A stretch of 64,000 nt of DNA, from the NCBI GenBank assembly GCA_965197475.1, contig CBDANF010000002.1, positions 1,152,001 to 1,216,000 on the forward strand, read 5' to 3'. Positions 33,354 through 43,243 of the stretch are shown one piece after another. The notes beneath the pieces were generated by a model. That model worked only from the letters and a program-made list of their open reading frames with translations. It ran no database searches and was not told the origin of the DNA. A program made the translations under genes and the position numbers. Numbering within the stretch: position 1 is the stretch's first letter; every line of letters starts with the position of its first letter. Source of the DNA: Candidatus Poribacteria bacterium (GTDB lineage Bacteria > Poribacteria > WGA-4E > WGA-3G).

Positions 33354-35075
33354 ATGCGAAATATTATAGTTACGTTTTTCTTTTTAACGCTAACCTTCTC
33401 AGCACAGTATGGCGAAACGTTCCAATGTGGTACACCATATCTAAAAGATGGCATGGTGTACCGACTTTCACCAGATGTGGCAACCGCACCAGCACACCCT
33501 GCAGCACCAGCACACCCTATCGGATTCCAACGAACATTCTTTGCTATTGATTTCGCAAGAAAACAGCAGTATATCATTAATGCTACGTTACGGGCAAGTG
33601 GTCCTCACTGCTATATCTTCGTTGAAGATTCGGAGTGGCAAGAAAACGTTACTGCACAAACTGTTCACGCTATCCAAACAGCGTTTGATTCAGCGACACC
33701 AGCAGACCCACGGCGCGGAATCTATGATATATTAACGGAAGACCTTGGTCCGCCGCCAGATATTGATGGAAACGAAAAAGTTATTTTGCTCTTTCTCAAA
33801 ATCCGTGATATTGGTGCCCGCCACGCGACAGCGGGTTACTTCATGCCGATAGATCAACATCGTGGTATGCTGCACCATCCAACCCTTGGGCCGCTACATA
33901 GCAACGAGGCAGATATTCTCTATATCAACTCAAAAAATCAGTCAGCGAATTCTGATGCGATTCAGTCTGTTATCGCCCATGAATTTCAACATCTTATCCA
34001 TTGGCGGCATTCTCCAAACGAGGAAACATGGATAGACGAAGGGTGTGCTGATTACGCTGCATTTCAGTGTGGTTATAACCTTTATCAACACCTGAATGCT
34101 TTTCAGAAAGCACCGAACATCTCGCTGACCGATTGGTCCCAGATGAGTCAAACGAACCTACTGGCACACTACGGGGCTGCTTTTCTTTTCATGTTGTACC
34201 TCCACGATCACTATGGTGGTGGACAGACTGTCGCCGCGCTTGTAAAAAATCGTTTAGACGGAATTTCAGGCATTACACAGACGTTGAAAGCACGAGGGAC
34301 GCATCGTCCCTTCTCGGATATTTTCGCAGACTGGAAAGTCGCAAATTATCTTACTACTTGGAAGACGTTTGGAACTGTAGAAAAAACTTTCCGGTATAAC
34401 TCATTAGCACTTGCAGTTCAACCGCTATTTACTCATGAGAGTTACCCAGCTCTTGGCAAAAATAGGACGCTTGCCAATTTTGCCGCGCACGCTATTGAAT
34501 GTAAGGTGGCGACTGCAGGACAGGCGGGTCTAACCCTCAGTTTGTCTGCCCAACGTAACATGCCTGTCAATATCAAGGTCGCATATTTACATAAAACAGG
34601 GGAGATTGAGGTTGAGTCGCTACCCTTTAAAACTATTGACGGAACCGCCTCATTGGATATTCCCACTTTTGGAACTGATGTCCAACGTTTGATGCTTATT
34701 CCAAGTCTACAGATTGAAAATCAAAGTTTTTCTCAGCAATCTATAACTTATGACTATAGTGCTTTTGAGGGTAGTTTAGGCACTTACACCACACACGTGC
34801 TGCCGAATCCGATACATCCGAACTATTGGGAAATTGTTGCTGTTCCAAGCGAGGTAACGAGTGTACATTCGTTTACTGTAACACTGACATACCAAAACCG
34901 TAATCTTCTTGATGCTAAACCGATGGTGTATGTTAAAAATGAAGGCAACGCACTCTATCGCTACGTTTTTCATCTCGATCCTGAGGTTGAAACAACAGAG
35001 GTTGAATGGAGCATCATGCGGGGTGACACGATTATTGATGAAGGGGTTTTGAATGAATCAACTGATAACCGATAA
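33354..35075 (+). CDS. Secreted zinc metallopeptidase (M30/M6-like)
   Basis: Signal peptide, IAHEFQHLIH, EETWIDEG, YGAAFLF.YL and C-terminal PNPIHP. Confidence 0.78.
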   Translation: MRNIIVTFFFLTLTFSAQYGETFQCGTPYLKDGMVYRLSPDVATAPAHPAAPAHPIGFQRTFFAIDFARKQQYIINATLRASGPHCYIFVEDSEWQENVTAQTVHAIQTAFDSATPADPRRGIYDILTEDLGPPPDIDGNEKVILLFLKIRDIGARHATAGYFMPIDQHRGMLHHPTLGPLHSNEADILYINSKNQSANSDAIQSVIAHEFQHLIHWRHSPNEETWIDEGCADYAAFQCGYNLYQHLNAFQKAPNISLTDWSQMSQTNLLAHYGAAFLFMLYLHDHYGGGQTVAALVKNRLDGISGITQTLKARGTHRPFSDIFADWKVANYLTTWKTFGTVEKTFRYNSLALAVQPLFTHESYPALGKNRTLANFAAHAIECKVATAGQAGLTLSLSAQRNMPVNIKVAYLHKTGEIEVESLPFKTIDGTASLDIPTFGTDVQRLMLIPSLQIENQSFSQQSITYDYSAFEGSLGTYTTHVLPNPIHPNYWEIVAVPSEVTSVHSFTVTLTYQNRNLLDAKPMVYVKNEGNALYRYVFHLDPEVETTEVEWSIMRGDTIIDEGVLNESTDNR

Positions 35076-35100
35076 CTGATAATTATCAAAGGAGGTATAC

Positions 35101-36072
35101 ATGCCGAACACACTTTATGCAGGAACGATTGGACAAAGTATTTGGCGGAGCACCGATACCGGTAAAACCTGGAATCGCGCAAGCAACGGTATTTTTCCAG
35201 AAGCAGATATCCGCGCAATTGTTGTTCATCCAACGGATTCAAAAACACTTTATGCTGGTACAGAAAAAGGGGTTGTCAAAACCACAGATGGTGGCAATTC
35301 GTGGCAACACATGCCAAGTGAGATGGATAGTCGAGAAGTTTGGTCGCTCGCCATTCATCCGACTGCGCCTGAGACACTCTATGCCGGAACTTGCCCATCC
35401 GCGTTTTTCAAAACAACAGATGGCGGTGAGACTTGGACACAACTTGACGCGGAACTTGCACAAGAATGTGAGGGGATTCCGATCATCCCGCGCGTAACAA
35501 CTATCATTATTGATCCTGAAGACCATGAAACTGTTTATGCGGGGATTGAAATTGACGGTATGCGTCTTAGCACCGACGGTGGCAAAACGTGGCATAACCG
35601 AAGTGAAGGATTGAGCAGCCAAGATATTCACGGGTTGACGGTGGTGCCAGGTGAACAAAAAGTGCTTGTTGCCGCGACAAATAACGATGTCTGTATCACT
35701 ACAGATATGCACAATTGGACACCGTTGAAGGTTCGGGATCATTATCCGTGGCCGTACTGCCGTGCAGCGTTCTATTTGAATGGCGAAAATGCTAAAGTTT
35801 TTATCGGGGCAGGTAATGGTCCTCCCGGTGATCAAGGTGGTATCTTCCACAGCCAAGATATAAATGCAGCGGCGGCAATTCGTTGGGATCGCTCCGATAT
35901 CGGGATGACTGCAAATAGCACTATTTGGTGCTTTGGCTATAATTCGCGTGTTGATGGATTGCTGATAGCTTGTAGTGTGAGCGGACAACTTTTCTTGAGT
36001 GAGGACAATGGCGATTCTTGGGTGAAGTTGACGCATGAATTTGGAGAGGTGCGCGCCTTGGCGGTTGGGTAA
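35101..36072 (+). CDS. BNR/Asp-box beta-propeller protein
   Basis: Repeated S/TxDxGxTW Asp-box motifs. Confidence 0.82.
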   Translation: MPNTLYAGTIGQSIWRSTDTGKTWNRASNGIFPEADIRAIVVHPTDSKTLYAGTEKGVVKTTDGGNSWQHMPSEMDSREVWSLAIHPTAPETLYAGTCPSAFFKTTDGGETWTQLDAELAQECEGIPIIPRVTTIIIDPEDHETVYAGIEIDGMRLSTDGGKTWHNRSEGLSSQDIHGLTVVPGEQKVLVAATNNDVCITTDMHNWTPLKVRDHYPWPYCRAAFYLNGENAKVFIGAGNGPPGDQGGIFHSQDINAAAAIRWDRSDIGMTANSTIWCFGYNSRVDGLLIACSVSGQLFLSEDNGDSWVKLTHEFGEVRALAVG

Positions 36073-36205
36073 AGAATAATGCATCACAAAGAAAATGCCG
36101 TGTGTGTTGGTAATTCACATTAAATTATCTCTACAAGCAATAAAATAGGCAGATACCCAATCAAGGATACCTGCCTGTTGAATTGATGTGTGCTCGCGTT
36201 CTGTG

Positions 36206-37684
36206 TTATTGACGGGGTTCATGAAATCTGATGCTCCCGTAATAATCCCTACAACTCTGTCCGTTTCGATAGCACAACGCCCACGACTCACCGCAGATGT
36301 CCCGCACACCTGGACTCTTCAATTTACGGCGCGTACAAGGCCCCCGTGTTTGGTGCCAATAAAGCGCAGTTGTATCACACGACCAATATTCGTGGCCGTT
36401 TATACACCAAATACGATGTCTATTCGGATCCGCAACCTGCTGCGTGCAGGCACTGCGACCACAACTGAAAGTCGGGAACGTGTGCGTATGAGAACTACAC
36501 GCATAGAAACTGGTAACTGTGCAATACGCGAGACCCCCATCTTGGGTTACGCTAACAAGACAACTCGCTTGCATTGAATGCGAATTGGATTCACTTGGCG
36601 GACCACTATGATTACCACACGCATACGTTATCGGACACGCTGAACACCCGCCCGTTGTGCAGTAATCGCAATTCGGTGAGTTGTCGGTCTCCGTGATAGG
36701 GGTTGGGGACGGGTCCCCGAGATGTGCCGCTCGATAAGTGCCATACGGATCAACGGGATCATTTAAATGGGACCCCACAACTTCAAAATAATCCGAAATC
36801 TCTTCAGCACGCGACTCATGCGTGGTGCTCGAAGACCACCACGCGTTGCGATGACTAAACTCCGGATTCGTGCAAACCCGATACGGTAGGTTACAACGCG
36901 TTTCACGTACATCGTTATACCAAAACCATTTTTGGCAATTCCGAACACCATGTCTGGCAACTCCATCTGCATTACAAGTGTAATAGAAGATACCATCCCC
37001 TGGCACCGGGGAATTACGATGTACCTCTTCACTACCACACAACTCGCGATGCGTATTGTAAGCTTCACTCGGCGTGGAAAACGTGTCTGAACACGATGAA
37101 GAACCCAGACAATTGAACTCAGGCAAATCATCACGACACGTCTTCTCTTCCCAGTCCGGCACGGTATGATTGACGTTAGATGGTGAAGCATCATCATGCT
37201 GATTCGTATGATGCGAATTGACAGTCGTCTCAGCATGCTTATGTGCACTATTATACAAGGGAACTGTTATATTATAAAACCAATCTATTTCACCCTTCAG
37301 TAACTCAAGCATATCGCTATAAAGATCCATCAGGCTCAGGTTTTCATATAGTTTTGTCAATTCTTTCTCCGCATCCGACTCCAGAAAGCCCAGCAACCTG
37401 GCTGCGGTCAAGAGCGTGCCATCGCTGAGAAAGTTTGATACAGCAGTATCAAGATTTTGCGTGCGCGCCTCATCTGTCGCCTCCTCCCATTTGGCACTCA
37501 CCTTGTTTACAACTGTCCACGCATCCTGAACTTTAGCACGTTGATCTCTGACTTTCCCTTCCATACTGCTCAGATCCACTATGGCGTTGATTGGGACTAT
37601 ATCATCATTAGGGGTTGCATAACAGAAAGTAAAAACAGATAGACAGATAGCGTAAATTCCAATCGTGTAAATTGTTTTTCTCAT
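36206..37684 (-). CDS. Secreted Cys/His-rich protein (cassette A)
   Basis: Signal peptide, helical N-terminal half, Cys/His-rich repeats; last ~100 aa nearly identical to 39559-41304. Confidence 0.8.
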   Translation of the reverse strand: MRKTIYTIGIYAICLSVFTFCYATPNDDIVPINAIVDLSSMEGKVRDQRAKVQDAWTVVNKVSAKWEEATDEARTQNLDTAVSNFLSDGTLLTAARLLGFLESDAEKELTKLYENLSLMDLYSDMLELLKGEIDWFYNITVPLYNSAHKHAETTVNSHHTNQHDDASPSNVNHTVPDWEEKTCRDDLPEFNCLGSSSCSDTFSTPSEAYNTHRELCGSEEVHRNSPVPGDGIFYYTCNADGVARHGVRNCQKWFWYNDVRETRCNLPYRVCTNPEFSHRNAWWSSSTTHESRAEEISDYFEVVGSHLNDPVDPYGTYRAAHLGDPSPTPITETDNSPNCDYCTTGGCSACPITYACGNHSGPPSESNSHSMQASCLVSVTQDGGLAYCTVTSFYACSSHTHTFPTFSCGRSACTQQVADPNRHRIWCINGHEYWSCDTTALYWHQTRGPCTRRKLKSPGVRDICGESWALCYRNGQSCRDYYGSIRFHEPRQ

Positions 37685-37693
37685 GGTATTCTC

Positions 37694-38422
37694 CTATTTT
37701 GGTATTGGGAAATTTGAGGACATTCTCTCGGGACGTAGATATAGGATGTACTGACCCGTGTTTCGTGTCCACCTTAACTTCCCTAAATCATTCATCCGGG
37801 CAAGTTCCCACTTATGACGTTTGAATTCCTCACTCGGAGGTGCCCTATCTTTAAATGTGAACGCATCATCTCGCGCTTCCAGCTCACGACTCTTCTCAGT
37901 ATCTGCCATTATACGCGCCTCAATATTCCTCATTGTGTTTAGGACTATGGGGTTGGCGAGGTCATTGATACTTTCATAGTATGTTATCAGATAGATGTCG
38001 CGTGCGATGGCTGCTGCCTCAGCGTCATCAGGTGGGAAGGGCGGTATCCATTTAGCACTCCAGTGTCCACGTTCTTTTGCTTGTAGACGGAGTGCTTCAA
38101 CAGGATGCGTCTCTAAGAGCTCTGTGTGGTGTGTCAATGGACCGGCAGACGTTTTCGGCACCGGAGCATATAGTGCATCGTGCCACTCATCACCGTGCCA
38201 GTGTCCGTGTGGTGAAGCCCCTGGTGGCGGTTGCCTGTCAGCAATAGTTATGGGTTGCTTCTTTACTTTCTGGTTGTCGCGAATTTTGTCTAACTCTTCA
38301 TCTGAGGACGGGTTATAGACGGTTTCCGTTTCGGTATCTTTGTCTATCAACAAGAACACACCCGCAATACCGATCAAGACGATGAGGACAATGATTCCTC
38401 TCAATATGTTCCTATTCATCAT
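37694..38422 (-). CDS. Membrane-anchored protein with HGHWHGDEWHD motif (cassette A)
   Basis: AAGGAG RBS, N-terminal TM helix, His-Trp motif. Confidence 0.78.
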   Translation of the reverse strand: MMNRNILRGIIVLIVLIGIAGVFLLIDKDTETETVYNPSSDEELDKIRDNQKVKKQPITIADRQPPPGASPHGHWHGDEWHDALYAPVPKTSAGPLTHHTELLETHPVEALRLQAKERGHWSAKWIPPFPPDDAEAAAIARDIYLITYYESINDLANPIVLNTMRNIEARIMADTEKSRELEARDDAFTFKDRAPPSEEFKRHKWELARMNDLGKLRWTRNTGQYILYLRPERMSSNFPIPK

Positions 38423-38858
38423 AGTTCTCCTTACTATAAAGTTGTTCACTTTGCGCTGCTGCGTTTAGCGTGCAAGGTGCTTTCTGTTGTGGACAAATCG
38501 GTTGCTGTTCCACCTTTGGACAGTCCTTCCGTGTCCATTTAAGGCAGGGGGTTGTGTCTGTCTGTGTAGCATCAATCACTTTTATTGTGCCAAACAGTAA
38601 CCCTCCACCGATACAGACAATAAGTGCCGCTGTGAGTCCTATCTTTCGTCTCCGTTGCATTTTCGGTTTCGGAGTATCCTGTTGTGTGTCCATCTGTTTT
38701 AAGGACAAGAATCCCCAAAGCGAGATAACGAGTGCAACGATACTCAGATGGATTCCGTGCTGCTCAAAAAAGAGTGCGAAGAACGAGATAGCGATGAGTC
38801 CACCGAATGCAGCCACGGCTGCGATGTCGGCATTCGCTGTTAAAAATCTTGTTTTCAC
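38412..38858 (-). CDS. Small multi-TM hypothetical protein (cassette A)
   Basis: GGAGG RBS before GTG; three hydrophobic segments; ORF conserved in cassette B. Confidence 0.55.
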   Translation of the reverse strand: MKTRFLTANADIAAVAAFGGLIAISFFALFFEQHGIHLSIVALVISLWGFLSLKQMDTQQDTPKPKMQRRRKIGLTAALIVCIGGGLLFGTIKVIDATQTDTTPCLKWTRKDCPKVEQQPICPQQKAPCTLNAAAQSEQLYSKENYDE

Positions 38859-38859
38859 A

Positions 38860-38888
38860 ATTATATAGCCTCCATTAAAATTTGTCAA
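38860..38888 (-). promoter_or_regulatory. Perfect sigma70 consensus promoter (cassette A)
   Basis: TTGACA, 17-bp spacer, TATAAT. Confidence 0.6.
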
Positions 38889-39416
38889 ATAAAACTATCT
38901 GTTATATCCTATCGTTGTGCATAGTACACGTGCGCAACAAGGATGACAAGCATTGAAACACTTTCCAATGCAACAACAAAAGCCCGCGACGAGCCACTCC
39001 GTGTGAGACGAAGCGCGGGCGGGCGCGAAAATATCGCAGCTGCTAACATCTGCGATAAGACCTTGAAAACTAAATTGGTTAAAATTAACGAATGTGAAGT
39101 GGGGGGGGGGTAGTTAACTTATAGTTAAAATATGTCAATCGACGTATACCGCGCGGACAAATCCTGCTCATGTAACAGGTGTCCGGCGTGATCATTTTTT
39201 GGATTATGGTTTTGATATGTCGGTCCCTCATTGTCAAATCCCCTTATGCGACAAAATATGATTAGCGGCGGTGCAACTTTCCACTTCCTCAAAAATTTCA
39301 TGTTGCACGCTCATAATATCACTACTACTCAATTTAGCGTGTCTTTCTTCCATGGGTTACAGTAAATTTGAACTTTTTTCTAAAAATTCGTAAATTTTTG
39401 TATAAATCTGAATAAA

Positions 39417-39453
39417 GAAAATGCCGTGTGTGTTGAGAATACACACGGCATTT
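39417..39453. terminator. Bidirectional intrinsic terminator
   Basis: AAAATGCCGTGTGT-loop-ACACACGGCATTTT. Confidence 0.7.
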
Positions 39454-39558
39454 TGCGTGTTGGTAATTCACATTAAATTATCTCTACAAGCAATAAAATA
39501 GGCAGATACCCAATCAAGGATACCTGCCTGTTGAATTGATGTGTGCTCGCGTTCTGTG

Positions 39559-41304
39559 TTATTGACGGGGTTCATGAAATCTGATGCGCCTGTAATAATC
39601 CATACAACTCTGTCCGTTTCGATAGCACAACGCCCACGACTCACCGCAGGGTCCCCGGACACCTGGACTCTTCAATTTACGGCGCGTACAAGGCCCCCGT
39701 GTTTGGTGCCAATAAAGCGCAGTTGTATCACACGACCAATATTCGTGGCCGTTTATACACCAAATACGATGTCTATTCGGATCCGCAACCTGCTGCGTGC
39801 AGGCACTGCGACCACAACTGAAAGTCGGGAACGTGTGCGTATGAGAACTACACGCATAGAAATTGGTAACAGTGCAGGAATGCCCCCATATATTGGTTAT
39901 GGAACAACTCGCTTGCAACGCATGTGAACTGGATTGACAAGCATAGATCGTATGTCCACACCCCCAAGTTTCTGATCTATGGTCGTAGTCCGAGGATGAA
40001 CCTAGCCAATAGGTATGTCCACAGGGGCCGATGGCAGGACCACTGGTGATCGTGGTTGTTCCATGACTACTCGTCTCTGGACACTGTGCATACACACAGC
40101 CCCAATAGACGCGGTTGTTACAAGCTCCCTCGTTGCACGTATACGATACATGATAACCTGAAGTCCCCACCGCATGAATGCCACACGCATACGTTATCGG
40201 ACACGCGGAACACATGCCCGTTGTGCAATAATCACAATCCGGTGAGTTGTCTACAACAACGGGATTGGATGCCGTGCTTTCTGTACTGCTATCACCATTG
40301 TCAGAGTGCGTGCTTGCACCCGGGATATCAGGGTGATGATCAAATCTCTTGCCCATGCACCTTCTATAGAGGGTGCCACACGGACGTTTCTCCAGCGGTG
40401 CACCATAGTAATCTTCCCTTTCATATACCCATTTCGTGCAAGTCCGCCTCCGATGTTTCGCTTCATCGCTGCTACAATTGTAATACTGACGTCCACAGCC
40501 ATCCGCGGGAGAACGGATTTGAAGTATTTCTGATACGATCCTATTCAAATTTGCGACAATATCCGCTGAGTCACTCCCCGGCCCCATATAGACTCGCTCT
40601 ACCGCCTCTTCATATACATTTCTTGCTGTGCCACAGCTGACATCGTGAGGGCTATCTGGTGTGTCGAATTCCAAATTACAGCTGCCACCACACGGAAATT
40701 TGGGAAGATCTGGATGAGTGGGTTTTATGGGGGGATCCCCAGCCTTCTTCTTTGAAGTACTAGAATGCGAATTATAGTGATTTACGGCTGCGACAAGATC
40801 TCTGTATGCCTCCATTATTGAATTCGCTTCATCAGTCCCCTCAAACGTTACCGAGTTATCCCAATTCGCGTCAATATCTGATGCCAACACATTAGCCTGG
40901 CCGAGTTCATATACAATAAGGTCCTCTAACGAGTACGCTGAGTACATAGCCGTAACAATCTTTACGGTTATACCATACGCTGATGCAACCGCATCAATAA
41001 TGTTAGTTTTCGCACTACCGGTGAGTGCCGAGATTTGTTGGTTTCTAATTGAGGATTGTGTACCGAGCCATTGGCCATGAAGATACAATAACTTAGCTAC
41101 ATGTTGATCCCGCAAATCATCTAAAGCCTCAATATAATTATCCCAATCCTCCAACTCTGTATTAGCATTGTCAAAGTCGTCCTGAAGTGCTTGCCTATCT
41201 TCCGAGGAAGGATAGCCATTTATGGTGTGCGATCCTGTGTGAATAGCGGGCATAAAACTTACCAAAATGAAAAGCACTATAAGAATCGATCTTTTTGATT
41301 TCAT
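39559..41304 (-). CDS. Secreted Cys/His-rich protein (cassette B)
   Basis: Signal peptide, coiled-coil region, Cys/His-rich repeats, C-terminus shared with cassette A. Confidence 0.8.
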   Translation of the reverse strand: MKSKRSILIVLFILVSFMPAIHTGSHTINGYPSSEDRQALQDDFDNANTELEDWDNYIEALDDLRDQHVAKLLYLHGQWLGTQSSIRNQQISALTGSAKTNIIDAVASAYGITVKIVTAMYSAYSLEDLIVYELGQANVLASDIDANWDNSVTFEGTDEANSIMEAYRDLVAAVNHYNSHSSTSKKKAGDPPIKPTHPDLPKFPCGGSCNLEFDTPDSPHDVSCGTARNVYEEAVERVYMGPGSDSADIVANLNRIVSEILQIRSPADGCGRQYYNCSSDEAKHRRRTCTKWVYEREDYYGAPLEKRPCGTLYRRCMGKRFDHHPDIPGASTHSDNGDSSTESTASNPVVVDNSPDCDYCTTGMCSACPITYACGIHAVGTSGYHVSYTCNEGACNNRVYWGCVYAQCPETSSHGTTTITSGPAIGPCGHTYWLGSSSDYDHRSETWGCGHTIYACQSSSHALQASCSITNIWGHSCTVTNFYACSSHTHTFPTFSCGRSACTQQVADPNRHRIWCINGHEYWSCDTTALYWHQTRGPCTRRKLKSPGVRGPCGESWALCYRNGQSCMDYYRRIRFHEPRQ

Positions 41305-42035
41305 CGGTTCCTCCTCTGTCGTATCACATCAAGATCTTCTTTTGACGGTAGACCTCCATATTTTTCCCGCGGATCTCCATATTTTTCAAAAGGAGAGGGA
41401 TGGTTAGACTTTGGGATGAGTGCATTGTACGGCTCAAGGAGTTTCTCCAATTCCTCAACTCTTTCAAGTGCATAACGGTTATTCGTTTTGTCTGAAGAAT
41501 AAAGATTTCGGAGTCTCCACATTGCGTTCTTAACTTCCTGTATTTCCTCCCATAATGCATGACTTCTTAGATCACCAGAATTGCGGTATTTTACATAAGT
41601 CTGCACAAGTTTTTTAACTCTATCCGTGTAAGCTTCACTGAAGACATCCTCAGGAAGTTTCAGTTCTGATGGTACCGTATTCGGTATCGCGCGTTCGCCT
41701 TTTTTGCGCCACGTGTTGTCTGGATACAACCGCCACGTGTCGTCCGTTTCAAAAGATGGTTGGTTTCCAGCATCCACGACAGCGGGATCATGGGGAGCAT
41801 CGTGCCAAGTTCCATCTGCGTGCCGATGCCCTTTTTCTCGGTTTCCTTCTGGCGACTGTGCTTTGGCTGCTTTCTGTGCTGCCAAATCCTGCCTTATCTT
41901 TTGCCACTCTTCTTCCGATGGCGGGTTATAGACGGTTTCCGTTTCGGTATCTTTGTCTATCAACAAGAACACACCCGCAATACCGAGCAGGACGATGAGG
42001 ACAACGATTCCTCTCAATATGTTCCTATTCATCAT
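41301..42035 (-). CDS. Membrane-anchored protein with GHRHADGTWHD motif (cassette B)
   Basis: First ~40 aa nearly identical to the cassette A paralog, remainder unrelated. Confidence 0.78.
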   Translation of the reverse strand: MMNRNILRGIVVLIVLLGIAGVFLLIDKDTETETVYNPPSEEEWQKIRQDLAAQKAAKAQSPEGNREKGHRHADGTWHDAPHDPAVVDAGNQPSFETDDTWRLYPDNTWRKKGERAIPNTVPSELKLPEDVFSEAYTDRVKKLVQTYVKYRNSGDLRSHALWEEIQEVKNAMWRLRNLYSSDKTNNRYALERVEELEKLLEPYNALIPKSNHPSPFEKYGDPREKYGGLPSKEDLDVIRQRRNR

Positions 42036-42471
42036 AGTTCTCCTTACTATAAAGTTGTTCACTTTGCGCCGCTGCGTTCAGCGGACAAGGTGCTTTCTGT
42101 TGTGGACAAATCGGTTGCTGTTCCACTTTTGGACAGTCCTTCTGTGTCCATTCAGGGCAAGGGGTTGTGTCTGTCTGTGTAGCATCAATCATTTTTATTG
42201 TGCCAAACAGTAACCCGCCGCCGATACAGACAATAAGTGCCGCTGTGAGTCCTATCTTTCGCCTACGTTGCTTTTTCGGTTTCGGGGTGTCCTGTTGTGT
42301 GTCCATCTGTTTTAAGGACAAGAATCCCCAGCACGAGATCGTGAGTGCAACGATACTCAGATGGATTCCGTGCTGCTCAAAAAAGAGTGCGAAGTACGAG
42401 ATAGCGGTGAGTCCACCGAATGCAGCCACGGCTGCGATGTCGGCATTCGCTGTAAAAAATCTTGTTTTCAC
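42025..42471 (-). CDS. Small multi-TM hypothetical protein (cassette B)
   Basis: Near-identical paralog of 38412-38858. Confidence 0.55.
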   Translation of the reverse strand: MKTRFFTANADIAAVAAFGGLTAISYFALFFEQHGIHLSIVALTISCWGFLSLKQMDTQQDTPKPKKQRRRKIGLTAALIVCIGGGLLFGTIKMIDATQTDTTPCPEWTQKDCPKVEQQPICPQQKAPCPLNAAAQSEQLYSKENYDE

Positions 42472-42472
42472 A

Positions 42473-42501
42473 ATTATATATCCTCCATTAAAATTTGTCA
42501 A
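42473..42501 (-). promoter_or_regulatory. Perfect sigma70 consensus promoter (cassette B)
   Basis: TTGACA, 17-bp spacer, TATAAT. Confidence 0.6.
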
Positions 42502-43243
42502 GTAAAACTATCTGTTATATCCTATCGTTGTGCATAGTACACGTGCACAACAAGGATGACAAGCATTGAAACACTTTCCAATGCAACAACAAAAGCCCGC
42601 GACGAGACACTCCGTGTGAAACGAAGCGCGCGTGCGGGCGCGAAAATATCGCAGCTGCTAACATCTGCGATAAGACCTTGAAAACTAAATTGGTTAAAAT
42701 TAACGAATGTGAAGTGGGGGGGGGGTAGTTAACTTATAGTTAAAATATGTCAACCGACGTATGCCGCATAGACAAACCCTGCTCAGGTAACAGGTGTCCG
42801 GCGCGATTATTTTTTGGCTTGTGGTTTTGATATGTCGGCCCCTCATTGCCAAATCCCCTTATGCGAAAAAATACGGTTTGCGGCGGTGCAACTTTCCACT
42901 TCCCAGAATTTCTATGTTGCACGCGGATATTATCCATAACTAAACCTAATTACGTGTGTATTGCCTCCTAAGTTACAGTAAATACGAACTTTTTCAAAAA
43001 TCGTAAAATTTAAGTTTTAAAATTGTCGCTTGACTTTTTTCTGCAATTTATGCTAAACTTTTGAAATAAGCAGGTTGTGCGCTGAACTCAATGATTTGTT
43101 GGCAGACATAAGGGTTTTGCCCTCCGTCTAAAGGACGCAGTACATGCACAGAGGTTCTGTGACGGACTCACCTGCAAACCCTTGTGAATACAAGTGGCAA
43201 TAAAGATTTGACAAAAGTTTAATCAAGGAGGCTTATCTCTATC

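Larger units (their letters stand above)
36088..43010 (-). repeat. Tandem duplication of a three-gene cassette (A ~36088-39410, B ~39413-43010) with near-identical ends and unrelated middles
   Basis: 36103-36509 matches 39456-39862; 38311-39400 matches 41924-43010. Confidence 0.9.

Noticed and set aside
35239-36087. 282-aa minus-strand ORF
   Set aside because: Antisense shadow of the BNR-repeat gene, with no recognisable motifs.
36206-39870. Near-identical 3' ends of the two Cys/His-rich genes as a DGR template/variable repeat pair
   Set aside because: Differences are not confined to adenines, both copies are coding, and no reverse transcriptase is present in the window.
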